A stretch of 61,866 bases of DNA, counting the filler, from Choristocarpus tenellus KU-1152 (taxonomy: Eukaryota; Protista; Phaeophyceae): NCBI GenBank assembly GCA_964200185.2. It is 7 parts of 7 records of this genome, joined end to end, with 100 filler letters (N's around TTAATTAATTAA, not from the genome) between each part and the next. Parts side by side here need not be neighbours in the genome. Positions count along the whole stretch, not along the records: positions 15,169 to 29,211 come from CAXNAD020001294.1; positions 29,312 to 38,995 come from CAXNAD020003472.1; positions 39,096 to 46,120 come from CAXNAD020006833.1; 4 more parts are not named here. One strand, given 5' to 3'. The notes below the pieces were generated by a model. The model was not told the origin of the DNA. It searched no databases and saw only the letters and a list, made by a program, of their open reading frames with translations. The translations under genes and the position numbers were made by a program. The first letter of the stretch is position 1. Each line of letters begins with the position of its first letter. Below, one piece after another: positions 24,901 to 39,106 of the stretch.

Positions 24901-27135
24901 GTACATTGCCTACTGTGTATTAAGCAATAGTGCATTTGACATACTAAATGCTTTTGGCTGCACTATATAAATAAATAATAACATTAACGATTACACTCAC
25001 TTAGTTTTTATCCAGGAGTGTCAGGATCTCCTACTAATATGTAGATTCAAGTCACCCTTCACTTAGGGTCACCATATATAATGCCAAAATGAACACCAAC
25101 ATGCTAGTTAGCATGTGGTAAATATCCAACGTAAGTGATGAGTAGCAATTTCTTATCTACAATAAACAGCCTTCAATATATACATAGATGTCTATACTGA
25201 GGGAATACGAGACCAAAAAGATGGCATTATATAGGGTTAGGGTTAGAATATATTCAAAGTGTGGCAACACTACACTAAATAAGGTATAACCCCACTGATC
25301 AAACAGCGTAGAGGACCCTCACACATTCAACAAACATCACAAATAAAATACCTTATTAATCACAGGCCACACAAATCCTTTTTATCAAAATAGCTACTAT
25401 TATTATCATCACATCAATGTCAGGTACACAACTTTCCTCTTCTACCTTTCACTCTGCAGGTGCTACTGTGTGCATATGAAAATAACATTAAAAAAAAGAC
25501 TAAGAAAAAACAAAAGAAGTGAAATCCAATTACATTACAGTGAAGAAATAAATGCTATACACAATCAGCCAATCAACTGCCTGAATGCACAAAAGCGATT
25601 GGCCTAGTTTTATCAAATCTCACCAGATAATCATCAGAGGTAGTTTGAAAAATTGAGAAACAAATACAAAAAACTCCTTTCTTCTATAGGATCACTACCC
25701 TTGATATTGCTTACTAAATATCTTTCCATCTATATATACACCATACCAAACCCTACCATTCGCATCTTTCCTTTCCAGTCCCCCTCCCAAAAGAAAGGAC
25801 ATGTACCACCTCAGCATCAATATATGCACAGCATTTTCCTCCAGGCTCAAAAATATTTTTCGTCTTCTACTCTCAATATTGACATTTTCTTCTTTCTGTA
25901 TCCTACCTATTTCAAATCCTCTGGCACATTCTAAGAATCTGAACGGGATTCAACAAAAAAAAATTAAAACTAACAGGTATGCTCTTGATCAGTCAATGAC
26001 ATACATAGCATCTTGTTCCTCGTAGTTCCCTACATTGGCAAAACCTCACTGTACTGTTAAAAAATTGTGTCATAAAGTGTGTCATAAAATACTTTTTGCT
26101 TTCTCTTTGCTAATTCAGCAGAAAGTTCTCTCACCTTTCAAACATCACCCAACTCCACCTTCATTGGTCTACTGTGCACTGGGTCTCTAAAAGTGTATTG
26201 TGCAAATAAAAAGGTCTTAGATCTTTATCCTCGCAAGCAAACAAGTTAATTCAGCATCTAGTAGATTCAATCTGCTCATTGTGTTGCCAATAAACCTGTC
26301 AACTTGATACCAGTATATGTCACCACTGGTTCAATGCTCATGCATAGACACATAGACACAAAAATCATAGCAAAATAGTCTTAATGACCTTTGAAGTTCA
26401 GTTTTCCTGAACGCGACTTTGCACCTCTCTCTTTCTGACCCATTCCATTCATAATCGAGTCCCCATTTCTTTTTTGTACAATACTCTCATTGACTAGTAC
26501 CTCTAACTCTCTCTCCACACCCAATACAATCCAATCAAATGAGATATATCGTATCACACCTATATATATTTTGCATTCTAAAATTCCCGTTTCACATTTG
26601 CCCTCCCCATCTACTTTCATCTATACCCACATTTCACATTTGACACCTTCATCTATACCCACCACAATATTTTGTTCTTTTACACACCTGATCGGGTTGC
26701 CAAACACCATTTGAGAAAGAAAAAAAAAACTACACCTCCAACCTTAAAACACTAAGGATGCCTATGTATCATGGAGATTTGGAATCACTTGCACAGGCAA
26801 GTACATGATATGATAGAGGAGGTCACGTTCATGACAGCTGCCAGAGGATGCCAGGAGGCTCTGTCTGACCTCAACATCAAAGCTAAAAAATAGCGTAAGA
26901 CACAATGTTTTTCAACCCCCCGCCAGCAACAACAAACTGACATGAAGGATTGCAAGTAAGGACAACAAACAGCGATTTGCCAAGGACATAGTATGACCTA
27001 CCAGCGTATGAGACATGTTGGGAGTTTCTGGGTCCACCGGAATGTTGCAAGGCTGGTAACCTTGTTGATCAGGAACTCGGAAGATAGCAACGTTGTATGC
27101 ATACCTCTCCTGTAGGCACATCAGGACAACCATAC

Positions 27136-27166
<31 letters not shown>

Positions 27167-28507
27167 GCACAGAAAAAGAGTTCAAAATCCTTGGAGGGTG
27201 GAGATAAGAACAGTACGATACTTCTGCATGGGAATGCAAGAAGGGAATGGACTAACATGTTTGATTTGAAGACAGGTAAATGACGGACACAAAACTTGTT
27301 GTCATTTCTAGAGTGAAACTAACGTTCCTGAGTCAGGACAGGGAATGTGGTGATGAGGCAGGTTTATTGCAAGGGTTACTTCGGAAAAATTAGAGTGTTT
27401 CACGCTGTAACTATTCTGGAATAACTCCAGGGTGGGGTGGGGGATCGTTGAGCTTTATTGGAGGAGGGGCCAGAGCACTTCCAACTTTTCATTCTCAATA
27501 TGAAATATCTCTAACACAGGATCTGAATACCTCGCTGCAAGTGATGGGCTGCGCGGAGCACCAATACAACCAAAAAGTAGAATTTCAACCAACTTTGCCC
27601 GTCGGTGACAACTGCACACTTGACCTCAGGTCTAAACTCTAAACCTTCAAGACTCCACAACTCATACCAGCCCACCACCTTCACCCTGTCTCCAAACGAA
27701 AAGCACAGTGCGTATCAATGCGTGAGGCAGCATCAATGCAATCAACTAAACCGAAAGAAATGAATTGTGACCGATACACACCAGCTTAAATTTAGTGCTA
27801 CTGGCACAAACGCCAAAGTGCACAAAGACCTCTGACACAGATGTGTCATCAGCGAGGCTCCCTTCTCCACCATCGCAAGGGCGAGCATGGATCTCAAGGA
27901 GCTGTTTCCCTCCCACTTCTGCAGAAACCTCTAGCTCCGATATGGACCGCACCTCGTACTTTCAGATAGATGGGTAAGGAGAGAGGGAAGGTGAAGAGGG
28001 TGGAAGGCGAGGGTGTTACATCCGTAGTTAGTAGCTGAAAATTGATATGGATGTGGGGGAATTCTTGCTAACCGGATGACAATTGCATGGTGAAGTGAAC
28101 TGAAGAGGATTCTCTGTGCATATACAAGCTATCATAATGCAAGGGTGGTGTCCGGTCTGTGTTGAAGACTCTGGCAAAAAAAGAAGGTACTGACAGTTAT
28201 CCTACAGAATAACAGCAAAATTTGACAAGTTAAATCTGCAATTCGAGCTGGGGGAAATGTTCATGGACGAACATGCGCCAGGGGAGAGTCCCTTATCACA
28301 GCCGCTCACCCTCTTCCTTAGCCCCTCCTGCTTGTGCACATTGGCATCTCCAAAGGATTTCGTTAGATGTGTAGTTGGATTGTCAGGAACCCCGTTGAAC
28401 TTGCCGAAGCTGGTGAGGTGGAATAGCACTGGAGTACAGGACTTCTGCTCTTCCACATTTTTTTCTTGTCTGGGAATTTCAGGTCCATCTCTTATCACAG
28501 ACATCAT
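15949..28507 (-). CDS. PGPEP1: Pyroglutamyl-peptidase I (peptidase C15) with C-terminal UBA-like domain; 3' end not found
   Basis: Exons 28310-28507, 27782-27958, 27002-27109, 24029-24135, 20882-21029, 18788-18986, 16748-16884 and 15949-16013, all GT-AG with matching phases. Motifs: HLTSFGKFNGVPDNPT, FVHFGV, LERYAYN..FRVPD (Glu), SDDPGRYVCNFLYYKSL (Cys), LFVHIP (His), then KLMEMGFEEKDVDACLDTTGSSDLNVNLNLL. Confidence 0.88.
17569..17755. repeat. 21-bp intronic minisatellite, ~9 copies
   Basis: Unit gtactatgtcattttgaaggg with minor variants. Confidence 0.9.
22538..22841. repeat. 26-27-bp intronic minisatellite, ~11 copies
   Basis: Unit atatcaataagttatcacatcatattt. Confidence 0.88.
23399..23656 (+). 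mobile_element. MITE family 1 copy; right end runs into TTAGGG repeats
   Basis: gagtgaatgtatcttagggggt ... cctctaaaagatactt then agggttagggttag; internal sequence homologous to the other copies. Confidence 0.8.
24235..24492. repeat. Degenerate (TAT/CAT/TAC)n trinucleotide low-complexity tract
   Basis: Visible attact/atcatt repeats; explains the spurious I/T/L and N/D ORFs. Confidence 0.85.
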
Positions 28508-30919
28508 AGTTATTGGTAGCTTCTATATATATTTGCAGTGGCGACCTGATATTTACTAGATAATCCAATCTTATATGGATTATGTGCTCTCGATTTCCGC
28601 TCTGTGCTCAGTGCCCCGAAATATTTCCCTCTCAGGTTTATGTCGGTGCCAACTATTGTTGAATCGGTTCAAGACATGTGGTCTAGGACAGTCCAGGAGA
28701 TTCAGTTGTTGAACATTGTTACGCCACCTTCCCCTTGAACTTTCCGTGAAGTCCATTATTCTCAACAAACCATCCATAATATATATAATGTTACAGAGAA
28801 GGTGTTGAACGGTCTGAATTCTGTGAAGAGAATTCGTGACGTCATGATACAGATTGATTGAGGGATCATACGATACGTGGGGTACATACAAAATATGTAA
28901 GAATGGACAGCATGGCAAATAGGATTCGATTCTACTCTTTCTGGACGTAATTGGCTGCCTTATCTGACGAAGTGGAACAAGGGAAGGAAGGTTCTCCGCT
29001 AGCCCTGCCCCGTCACCAGAGTGTTGCTGCTGTGGGCCTTGAAGGAGTGAAGGGATTATGGGGTGGAAGTCCAGGGTCCAGAGTGCAGTGGGCACTCTTG
29101 GATATTTGCAATGCTCAAAGGAACAGTATAAGTAGCAGTGATAGCAACAATGTTTTAGTGGTGAGACATCGAATGCGATGCCAGCCCTGCCCAGGGTGAT
29201 ACCTCCTTCAGNNNNNNNNNNNNNNNNNNNNNNNNNNNNNNNNNNNNNNNNNNNNTTAATTAATTAANNNNNNNNNNNNNNNNNNNNNNNNNNNNNNNNN
29301 NNNNNNNNNNNCCCTATGCGTCGTCACATGGATTTGTCGCCCAAACTGCAAGTAGGAGACTTACCACAAAAAAAAAACACAAAAAAAATGCTGCATTACT
29401 TGTAATGTTCACCTCCATGGATGAGTGGAAACATGGAACTTGGGAAGGATCCCCCCTACACACTCCGTTCTTGCCAGCTATTGCAATGCCTGCCTGAGAT
29501 TTCTTGGGTCAGAAAGGATTGAAGTTGTAACAGGAATGCCTCGAGCACTCTGGTGAGGTATTACAATTGAGGCATTAAAATGCAACGCAAAATACCTAGC
29601 CATACTTCCTATTGAGTATTTTTAGAAATAACTTGCATCAAGCTTCAGCAGAGTACTGTCTGCGAACACAGCACTCATGTACTTGAGTGTAGTCCAACAT
29701 ATAAAATATTGAGATGTCAAGGGTGAAATGTGTCTCGAAATTTCAACATTCCTTTATAGTAGTTGGTATGATAGGCCCACAAAGGCTCAGCATAGATAGT
29801 TGAACGAGGACTAGAATCCACTGAATAATGACACACAAGGTCCTGCGTATGTACTCATACTAAGTGAAGCATACGAACCATATCAGATCCACCACGGAAA
29901 ACTGTTTATGAGGCTGCGATGTGACGAAGTGTGGGGAGGGTCACTAATACTGTTATTATATAAAGGGTCTGATTCCCTTCAGTCCTAGAGTAGTCACAAG
30001 GACTTCTTCCTGAATTCCAACCTAAACACTACTCAGAGTATGTGTGTAGGGTAACTCAGACTATGCAGGTAGGGTATAGAACTGGGGTGGTTCTATCCAA
30101 CAGCTATTGATCTTCTTTGCAGGAGGAATGAGCGCATAGGATAGTGACCGTTGGATTCCTCGTGCAAAATAGGGCAGGTGAGAGCTTTCAATCCCCCACA
30201 ATCCATCGACCAAAGCCACTGCAGGGAGGGAGAGAAAAACAAGTTGTGTAAGCTGTATAGTGAGACATCTCGTGGATCAACTCTCTACAAGGAAGGGTGG
30301 AGTACGTATTTTGTGCTGTATACTCGAGCATTCCACACTCATCCCTTATGCTGTGGTTCTAGTACAGCCACTTACAATAATCTAGGGATATGAATAACTA
30401 AGCCATAAAAATAAATTGTGTTACAAAATTGGGGGATTTGGGGGAGACTATAAATTCAGTGTGAGTTTTTCTAAGGTTGGGGTGGTAGTAAAGTGCACTT
30501 GCGATCTTTCTTGAAAGATCCAATCCCGCTCTGAATGTTGTCAAGCACATAAGTCAGAATTTGAGTGAGCAAGAGCCACAACCTACCCATGCTATAATTA
30601 AACACTACGTAGTACATAGTTAGTTGACCCCAGAAACGCTTTCAAGCCAAGATCTCAGGTCAGCAATGCGTCCATTGCAGTCCTTTTTTGGTAGAAAAAT
30701 CAATGCAAATGTAAAAGTGAACTTGCATCTTTCGCGCTGACCATTTGAAATGTTCTTCCCTAGGGAAACATTTCTCTAAGGCATCGAGATAACTTGGAGG
30801 AAAAACATTTAGGAACATCTACATACTCTGATGACGCACAAGCAACGAAAAGGGGGGGGATTCGGCCAGGATGACACCAGCAAAAGTTGGCCCATACACC
30901 TACGTGCAATACCCATGGT

Positions 30920-33900
30920 CTAATCACTATCATCAGTCATTACTCTATTCTCGACATTTTGCATCTCCAATCCTGTGGTTTCAATATTTTGAGATGTCCC
31001 TGAAAAATCTTCCACAAGAGTTCCATCAGTAACGATTCCGCCTGAACCAGGCCCTCCGTTCCCTCTTCGTTTACCCGCCATGCCCTTTGCCACCACATGT
31101 ATTTCCTCGTCCGGACCCTGAGCTTGTTCCTTCTTTTTGAGTAGTGCTCCCTCATCGGGTTCTATTCGAGTCCGTTGCATGCCATGAATGCCAAACAGCC
31201 AAGTAGCGAAGCAGCTGCACAACCCCAGACACGCTAATATGAGACAGCAGGAAAACGTGAAGGCTGAAAGAGTGGCAGTCAAGGTTACCACCACCTTGGT
31301 GGATTTAAGAATGGGTGAGGAAGGATGTGGGGTAGGATGTGTGAGGAAGATGGAGATTATACGTATGTGTCACATGGAATATATACCCTAGATACGAAGT
31401 TCAAACTGGTAGATGAGGGATTCACCTCTTGCATAGATCCAGGGAGAGCCCTGTGCAGTGATTGAGGAGACGCCGATGTGCAATCAAGGGAGGAGGAGGG
31501 AAGAACTGCAACCAAAACTACATATTAGGTTCCACATGGTGTTCACAACCGGAGGAGGCAGTTTATGTTCTAACGGTTACATACGTACGCTATGGGAAGT
31601 GAAAAGTGTTCATTATACTTTTTCCTATGAACAAGTAAGATGTTGAACCCTCCACGTACTTCTCTGCACTTATTTGAAGCCGTAGAAGAGAGGATCTTTG
31701 GTCATCTGACAGATACATCGCCGACATAGGGGATTGTTAAGGTGTATACATATGAGTTGCACTGGGTTTGGCATATGTGGGCACAAGAATTCGTACTCCA
31801 ACTCCACAAAATGTGGAAATTGGGTCGAGGACAGGTGAAAATTCGATCGATTGCCACAGTTTTCGCCTGGACCAGAAAAAACATGTTTGTCCGAGGTAGA
31901 TGACCAAGAATCTTGATTTGGCACATATTGAGAGTAACGTACAAAACTATTGAGTACGTACCCATGGGTAGTCAAGGTAGTCGGTAGGAGACCTAACTAG
32001 CTAAGATACCCTTGAGACACAAGACAAAGCAATCACCACGATGTTTAGACTGGAGAAGCGATGGCAGCTATATGTAGATAACTCTTACGCCTTCTTTTAC
32101 AATGTTCGCGACATTTCCGCCTCTTGAAAATTAGAATCGGGAAAGCAACCGCTGCTTATCTACAAAATGCTGAACGACCAAACCTAGGGTCCACTGTGGT
32201 GAGAGATGATTTCGTACACCCAGGGACCATGCCAGGCAACGCAGCCTTGTGCGGAAATACCGCCGGTCAAATGTTTTCAGCTGCGGTGAGGACAGTTTTG
32301 GTGGTCCTTCCTTCCGTGGTTGGAATAGCCCACTTTCCCGTTTATTGACGATTTGAATTCTCTAACCTGGACGGTGTGGACTGGAGGTGGCCTGAATCCC
32401 CCAACCTCGCTGATAAGCTGGAAGAGGCCACGGTTGATGGACACCTTGATAGACTGGTGAATCGTGGAGGGGGGAATAAAAAATAAGCAAAGAAGGACTA
32501 GTTACAAGGAGGAAAATGGACTAGATACATTGTGTGTACAACAATTGGCATTGACTACTCCTCCCCAATCATCAACAGGATATCAAGGACAAGAACCGAA
32601 ACGGAGTTTCCTTCGACCTTCTCTTTGGGCATGTTAAGGACCCTCATCATGCCAAGAGACTTCACCAGGTAGTGGAATTTTTTCTGGGTGTAGCTAGGGC
32701 CCTGTGTGTCACGCAGAAACTCTGAGCATCAAGCAGATTGAAAAAACTTTCTGGAACATTCGGCATGCAGAATACGATTCGCATGCATTCAAGGTATGGA
32801 CAGGGGAGGGAAAAGGATGTTGATTGAAGGGCATTGTTTTTGGGCATTTTGGACCATTATCAACAAATGGGGAGTAGTGTTGTGATTAGGTCAACAAAAA
32901 TATTCTTGTGTGCTCTAATACCTTTCACTAATATATCAACTTGATCGAAGGTATTGTGTACAAATCACAGCCCAACAAAGTTAATGACCCATCCCCCGCT
33001 CTCTCCTTCTGTTACTTACCTGAAGCAGCTAAGTAAACAAACCATTCTACAGGTATACCTGAACGAAATAATATTTGTGGTTTTAGTTGATCAACAAAGG
33101 CATATATATTCAAAGTTCAACTATGAATCGAGGGTAAAATCACTTCTGCCACACAGTAGTAGTCTTGAAAGGTTTTAACTAATGAAAGGGACCTTGTGTC
33201 AAAGTGGACGAGAGGTACCCAGGGTTGCATTATAAGGATGCCAGGAAATATTGTATAACATTCGGCATCTTATAAAAATGCATATAGGATTTATTCCGAA
33301 TTGTGTCAAAAAGTATCAAACAATAAGGAAATCAATCCTCTCAAGTCGATAGAAATACACCTCGAAGTAGGTGAATCACAAGAGATTGAAAAACTGACCG
33401 ATATTGCAAGACAGTCGAAATCTGGGTACATCTCATTAACTTTGGCTCCTTAACCCAGGAAATCCCTAATTTTTTAGTTTCCTGTACCCCTGTTGGCACC
33501 ATTGTCCTTGAAATATGGGCTCCCTGCCTGAGTTGAGCAATACTTGGCCGGTCTACAGGTACAACATTTTACGCACCAACCACCCACCTCACTCCTGAAC
33601 CTGTGCCAGTGCAACATGGTTCGCCAAGATGAAGGAGGTATAGTTGTACAGGAAGGTCCAGGGAAAATCTGACCTATTTTCCGGATGTCCGTGTGTATAC
33701 ATTGGAAAAATTAGGGGTTTTTTGCCATGGTGCAAATAAATGCTGGGTCTCGTGTCATGTCTCCCACCACCAGAATATGTACATCAATTCTATATTTGCC
33801 ACCCATTTTTCATTTAGAGTTTAACCGGCATATTTGGATATTGCCTTTTTTTCATCATCACTTAATATATCTTTGCAGCAACTCATCCTCCCCTAGAGTA

Positions 33901-35299
33901 TACAGAGGGTGCTGGGATATATATGGACACGTAGGTTGGACATACACATCCTTTGTACTCCCTAGACTAATTCGAGGCACCAGAGTCGTTTTCAAGATTG
34001 AGAGGGTAGAGCTACGAGGTTGGTCGTGAAGCAAATTAGTTCTATTGGTTTAGCGTGACGTACATGATACTCTATCGGTACCAGAAATGTTCTTTGTATC
34101 ATTTCTAATCGCATTATTGTTCCAATTATAAATTTCTACTATTTCTTAGAATATTAGCACTACCATTTATTGGTATTAACGTAATACTTTCAACGCTGTT
34201 TTTAACGTTCTTGTAGTCAGAATCATTACGACTTCTCCCTGTTCCTCACTCCACTCCCTGCAGTCAAGACACTGCCTCATGTCATGATGTACAACCACTG
34301 CTAGCATACTCTTGAGCAAAAACATGCCTAAGATGGGCTTGACCCACTGGAACACGCTCCAGCTGTTGTGAATTAGTATGAGATCCACCCTACTCCCTGT
34401 GGGACATACATGGAGAACACATGCAGGCACTTTCAGTAGTAGTAGTTGTACCTTTTATTTTTATTTTCATGTCATTTTGTGATACTCGTGATATGCCGCC
34501 AACGTTTGGACTAATTGACCTACTCTTAAGAAGAAAAAGAACATGCATACTCCTCCTTCACACTCCATCTGTACAAACAGACTTGGGTATCATGATCACC
34601 ATCTATTTGTTTCTACACTTCACATGGCAGCATTGATGACTGCACCCTGCACACCCTAACCCTGTACATGTTCTTCAACCAGAGATAAGCACAGCAATAG
34701 AATATGAGACCTGTGTCAAAAACAGTCAGGCGTATGCACGTGCTCAGGAGTAAACAATCTCCTACATGACCTTACCTAAACATGGTGGAAAGCGAACCTG
34801 CCCTCTTCTGTAGATGGATGCTACACGTATGTGCTGCAAAGATGCAGCATTTCTGTGTGTCCCGACATCTATCTCTGAACCTTCTCAATAGCTTGAACAA
34901 AAACCCACTGTTAACAGAGACACGCCGAAAAGGTCTATGCAGTGCCTACAACAAAGATCAAGGATTGACTACACTAGTGGAAGAACACCCTGAGAGTGAA
35001 AGTATCTTAGAGGGTATGAATTTTTCCCTGTTTTTCCGTTTGGGGCTTGACTTCCCATATATTTTTTTTAATGACATTTTCCTACCCCAAAAATGTTTCG
35101 GAGTAGGTAAAATGTGTAAGTTATGAAATGGTGTGTCCAGAACAAGGATATTGACACTTCCTAATAAACACAATAGTCAAAATTACATCAAAAATCGCAA
35201 CATTGAATTTTGGCCCCCAAATGGACACGGCCCTACTCTCTAACATACTTTGGCTCCTGAGTGAACAGACACAAACATGCGCAAACAGCAATGTCATGG

Positions 35300-35339
<40 letters not shown>

Positions 35340-37130
35340 CATTAGAGCACTTGTACAGCATTACACCATCGAACGGATAGGTATACATACACATCCACTC
35401 CGCAAGATCAAGATCGTTCAACCACAAGACAGATTATACAAAACGCCTGTAACATCTGCAACACCCTCGTCTCCCTCTCGCCATTCCCAAGGACCGTTTT
35501 GTCACAACCAGTTGCCAGTCCTACCCTGCCACGCGCCTAATGTCTGAGACAGTGCAGACCGGCTCCGCACGAGCACTTACGCGCTGTACCCGGGAGCATC
35601 TCACAATGATTGCAAAGGAGAGACGAGATGCTGTATCACACACCACTGCAGCCCGACTTCAAGGAGCAAGGGCGGGAAAGGTACTAAATAGTGGAGTCCA
35701 TCACAGCTGAAGCGACACAAAAAGATGACGCAGTTGCCGTGTTTGACTGCAGGGTTTTCGACGTCGCACATTTGTGCAAGATTGAATCTCCCTACCTACG
35801 GTGCCGTTAGTGTACATCCCAGCCGTGGCGCTAGTTCTTTGCACAATGCACACCTTTGCACCAATTACTTCGAGTGTGCATGGTGTGGAGTACTCTGACC
35901 TTGAGTGCAAGCGTTGTGTTGGATGCCTGCTTTACTCTTCGAAGTACCCCAGTTTGGTGCTCCGCAAGAAAGAACATAACTTATTGACTGAGACGACAGA
36001 CATAAACACCATTCCAGCCATGATGGAAGTCAACAACAATGTCAACAACAATACTCTAGACAGGGATAGGAAGGCAACTTTAGTCTTTGCCTCTGTCGCT
36101 TAACAAATGACTAATCCTTCAAAATCACCTGTTTGACAATGCCCCAACCACGAGCTGAGATTCGACACATACATACGTGTAGCTGTACCCTAACCCTAAC
36201 CATTCCTGCACTGATAGTTACAGACAAATTGCCAAGCCCGGTCTGGAAAAGGTGGGAGGAGGATTTGGGATGCTTGAAATCTGTGACGCATGGAGAGACC
36301 TCTATACAACTCCCTTCTTTACCTGGCACCACCGTCCATATTCATATCTAGTGTTTTCCTCACACATATGAGCGAACTTGTCATCATCACACAATTGCCA
36401 ATGCCTCCCAACCTCAATCTAGACCAGCAGCAAGGAACGCCATGCCAGGTCTTGGAGCTATACCCAACAGCAGGATTGCCTCAAGAACTGTTGAAACAGA
36501 TGCCGATTACGTGGCAGAGACCATCACACATTTATACAATACAGAGCACAGTGCCAGTACAATATCAAACAGAAAACGTTATCTAGAACTAAACGCTACC
36601 GAAGGCCGAAAAAGCCATCCAATGATGGGCGTTCTAACTCTTGCAACGCACCAAGAACCGCAACAGTTGGAGCAAATAGTGCCACTTCCTGCATCTATCA
36701 TGCACTGCAGTGAAAAAAAGACTTAAGACAAACATGCTCGGCATTGGAATCACCCCAGCCTTGGCTAGACACAATTCACCACTTCATGTACTCACTCATC
36801 CCTCTCTGCCTCAAGCCTGTGGGGGTCCGTGTCTCACCACCATCTTGCCCATCGGAACTGTTCAGCATGAGGATGAGAGAGCCCTAAGTAGCAGGGTCAG
36901 TAGATGTGTCTCCGCCTATCCATACCAAACACCATGCTAAACACCAAACATGAAGTAAAAGTCACAATCCCCTATACCGCCCCCCTCAGCTCTTTGGAAG
37001 CAAGGCTCGAGAGCGATCAGTGCTGATTGTTGTTCCCACCAATGTCGCTAATAATCTCCCCATCCTCACCCTGGTCCTGACTATTCTTGAGCTCAGACAA
37101 CTGGTGCATGAGGAGCTTGCCCAACTTAAC

Positions 37131-37193
<63 letters not shown>

Positions 37194-38905
37194 GTGAGAG
37201 GTTAAAAGGAAAAAGAGGGAGGAGGCGAGGAAGAGGAGGAGATGTGGGGAAAGGTCATTGCCTCTGGTTCAATTCGAATAATGGAGAGAGATACAGGACC
37301 ACGGGCATTTTGCAGGAACGAGCAACACAGGGACTTATGAGGGGGAAAAAGTGGCCTTGAGATGTGAGCACTCAAGAGGAATGGAATTCCAGCAGTTGAA
37401 GTGCTGAATGGAAGGGGGTTGTGGCCAGGTCAATGAAATATGTCACCAAATAACGCACCGCACCCGGGGGATAATATAACACGAGGACAAAGCTTTATCG
37501 ATACCTCCCAATCAATTGAAATGGAGTGCAAGCGGCGGCTTAACAGGCAGAAACAGCATCAAGCAAGAAATGACTCTCTGCGAAAAATTAAATTATGTCA
37601 GTGTCCCCCAAAATCCAGTGTGATCTAGAGCACATTAAGCAATCACAGTGCGAAATGCCTTCTACACATCAGATACAACACAGCAAACTCCGTGCCTGAC
37701 AAAAAATAAGTCAAGTTACCTGCTGAACCTCGTCGAGCTCAACATCATTGTCAAGGTTTTCCAGTGGTACAATGCGTTTTGTCATCAGCTCCACATTCTC
37801 CTGCGGGTGTGTCAAAGGGGCACAAGAGAGGGGTTTGCATGGAGTTGTTATTCAAGATTCAGTTCTTTCCCTCCCAGAAATGGCCTCAAACGCCTACCAT
37901 TACAAAAGATAGGTTAATACACAATATATCAACTGCAGAAGAAACTACCAATAAGGTCTAGATACGTTCTGAAGATCAGGGATTTTTTTTATTATATTAC
38001 CCTTCTGTCGTATATGATGGGTGCGGCTATGGTTCTAGGGTTCGTGTCGGCGGTGGATTCCCTAAATTTGAAGAGTGGTAGTCAAGGATGCTATACATTA
38101 GCCTTTGAAATGTGTGGGAGCAAGAAGTGTGTTTCCTTCCCCTCGCCAACAACGTAATACTCCAACACTGGGTGGCACAGGCGCTAAGACTGCCTCAAGG
38201 GTAAATCAACTGTCATATGCCTCCCACATCATCCTCTACTAAGTTACAGGCAGAGAATATAAAGGTAGAAAACGAAAGACCCCCTGCTCCACATTTAATT
38301 AAGGTCCGAAAAGCCAACAGAGCGTACAGCCAATCAAACTCCTTGTATCACAGCATCTTAACCCTCCACTTACTGCAATATTGTAATATCACAAACATCT
38401 ATGCTACATTTTAATCACGGGTCACCTGCAATACTTTTGCCCATAGAAGAGTCTCCGTCCTTGATCGAGCCTGGAGAATTAGGACGTTCCTATTGCAATT
38501 CCATCGACTATCCTCCCCACCGGTACTTTTTCTTGTTTCGTCCCTGTCTCCATCCGAAACCTCAACGTCCCCTCTCGCATACATGTCTTCTTGGAGTCGA
38601 AGTTCCAGAATGTTTGGAGGCGATTCCTGATCGGAGGGGTTTGAGGGAGGGGTCGCTTTATTTTCTGCACTGGCATCACACTAGAAGGGGGGGAGAATTT
38701 AGTGCAAAGATTAAAAATCTTTATCAGAAGTATCAATACATGACCTGGCGCTGGGTCATGTGAAATGGTCTATGCTGTTGCACTAGTCAAGATTGTAACC
38801 CTTACAAACTCACCTGGTCTGGAAGTACACGAATAGTCTCCACTTCCCCTAACGGTATCGACCTCAATAGTTCTCCTCCTCTTCTGCTCCAAATCGATAG
38901 CGCTT
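30920..38905 (-). CDS. Multi-exon gene of unknown function (5' end beyond the contig; frame of the last exons ambiguous)
   Basis: AG/GT-bounded open segments at about 38814-38902 (LSIWSRRGGELLRSIPLGEVETIRVLPDQ), 37720-37800 (ENVELMTKRIVPLENLDNDVELDEVQQ), 37070-37124 (LGKLLMHQLSELKNSQDQ), 34310-34362, 33020-33058, and a last exon starting at 31294. Confidence 0.5.
32550..32860 (-). mobile_element. Highly degraded Ty3/Gypsy-like RT fragment
   Basis: STSFSLPCPYLECMRIVFCMPNVPESF resembles KTAF.TP.G.YE..RMPFGL.NAP..F, followed by SVLVLDILL (cf. VYLDDILI). An integrase Zn-finger-like piece (WCVKCCTCRPAK) lies near 33545-33620. Confidence 0.4.
34994..35256 (+). mobile_element. MITE family 1 (~260 bp), 4-bp TSD CTGA
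   Basis: ctga|gagtgaaagtatcttagagggt ... tctaacatactttggctc|ctga. Confidence 0.9.
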
Positions 38906-39106
38906 TGTTTTCCACATTCACATACCGCCAAGCCCATTTCGTGTTCACTCCCCCACCCTCATGCCCACTTCGAACCCTAAGGTAGTGGGTTGGGGNNNNN
39001 NNNNNNNNNNNNNNNNNNNNNNNNNNNNNNNNNNNNNNNTTAATTAATTAANNNNNNNNNNNNNNNNNNNNNNNNNNNNNNNNNNNNNNNNNNNNACACA
39101 CAGCAA

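Noticed and set aside
28580-29211. 171-aa minus-strand ORF upstream of the peptidase
   Set aside because: No motif and no consistent splice model; may include the last exon of a neighbouring gene but cannot be supported.
31670-33780. Integrase-before-RT (Gmr1-like) domain order in the Gypsy relic
   Set aside because: Fragments are too degraded and could come from separate insertions.
35304-37190. (CA)n tracts giving THTH/CVCV ORFs
   Set aside because: Ordinary microsatellites at about 35304-35337 and 37134-37190.
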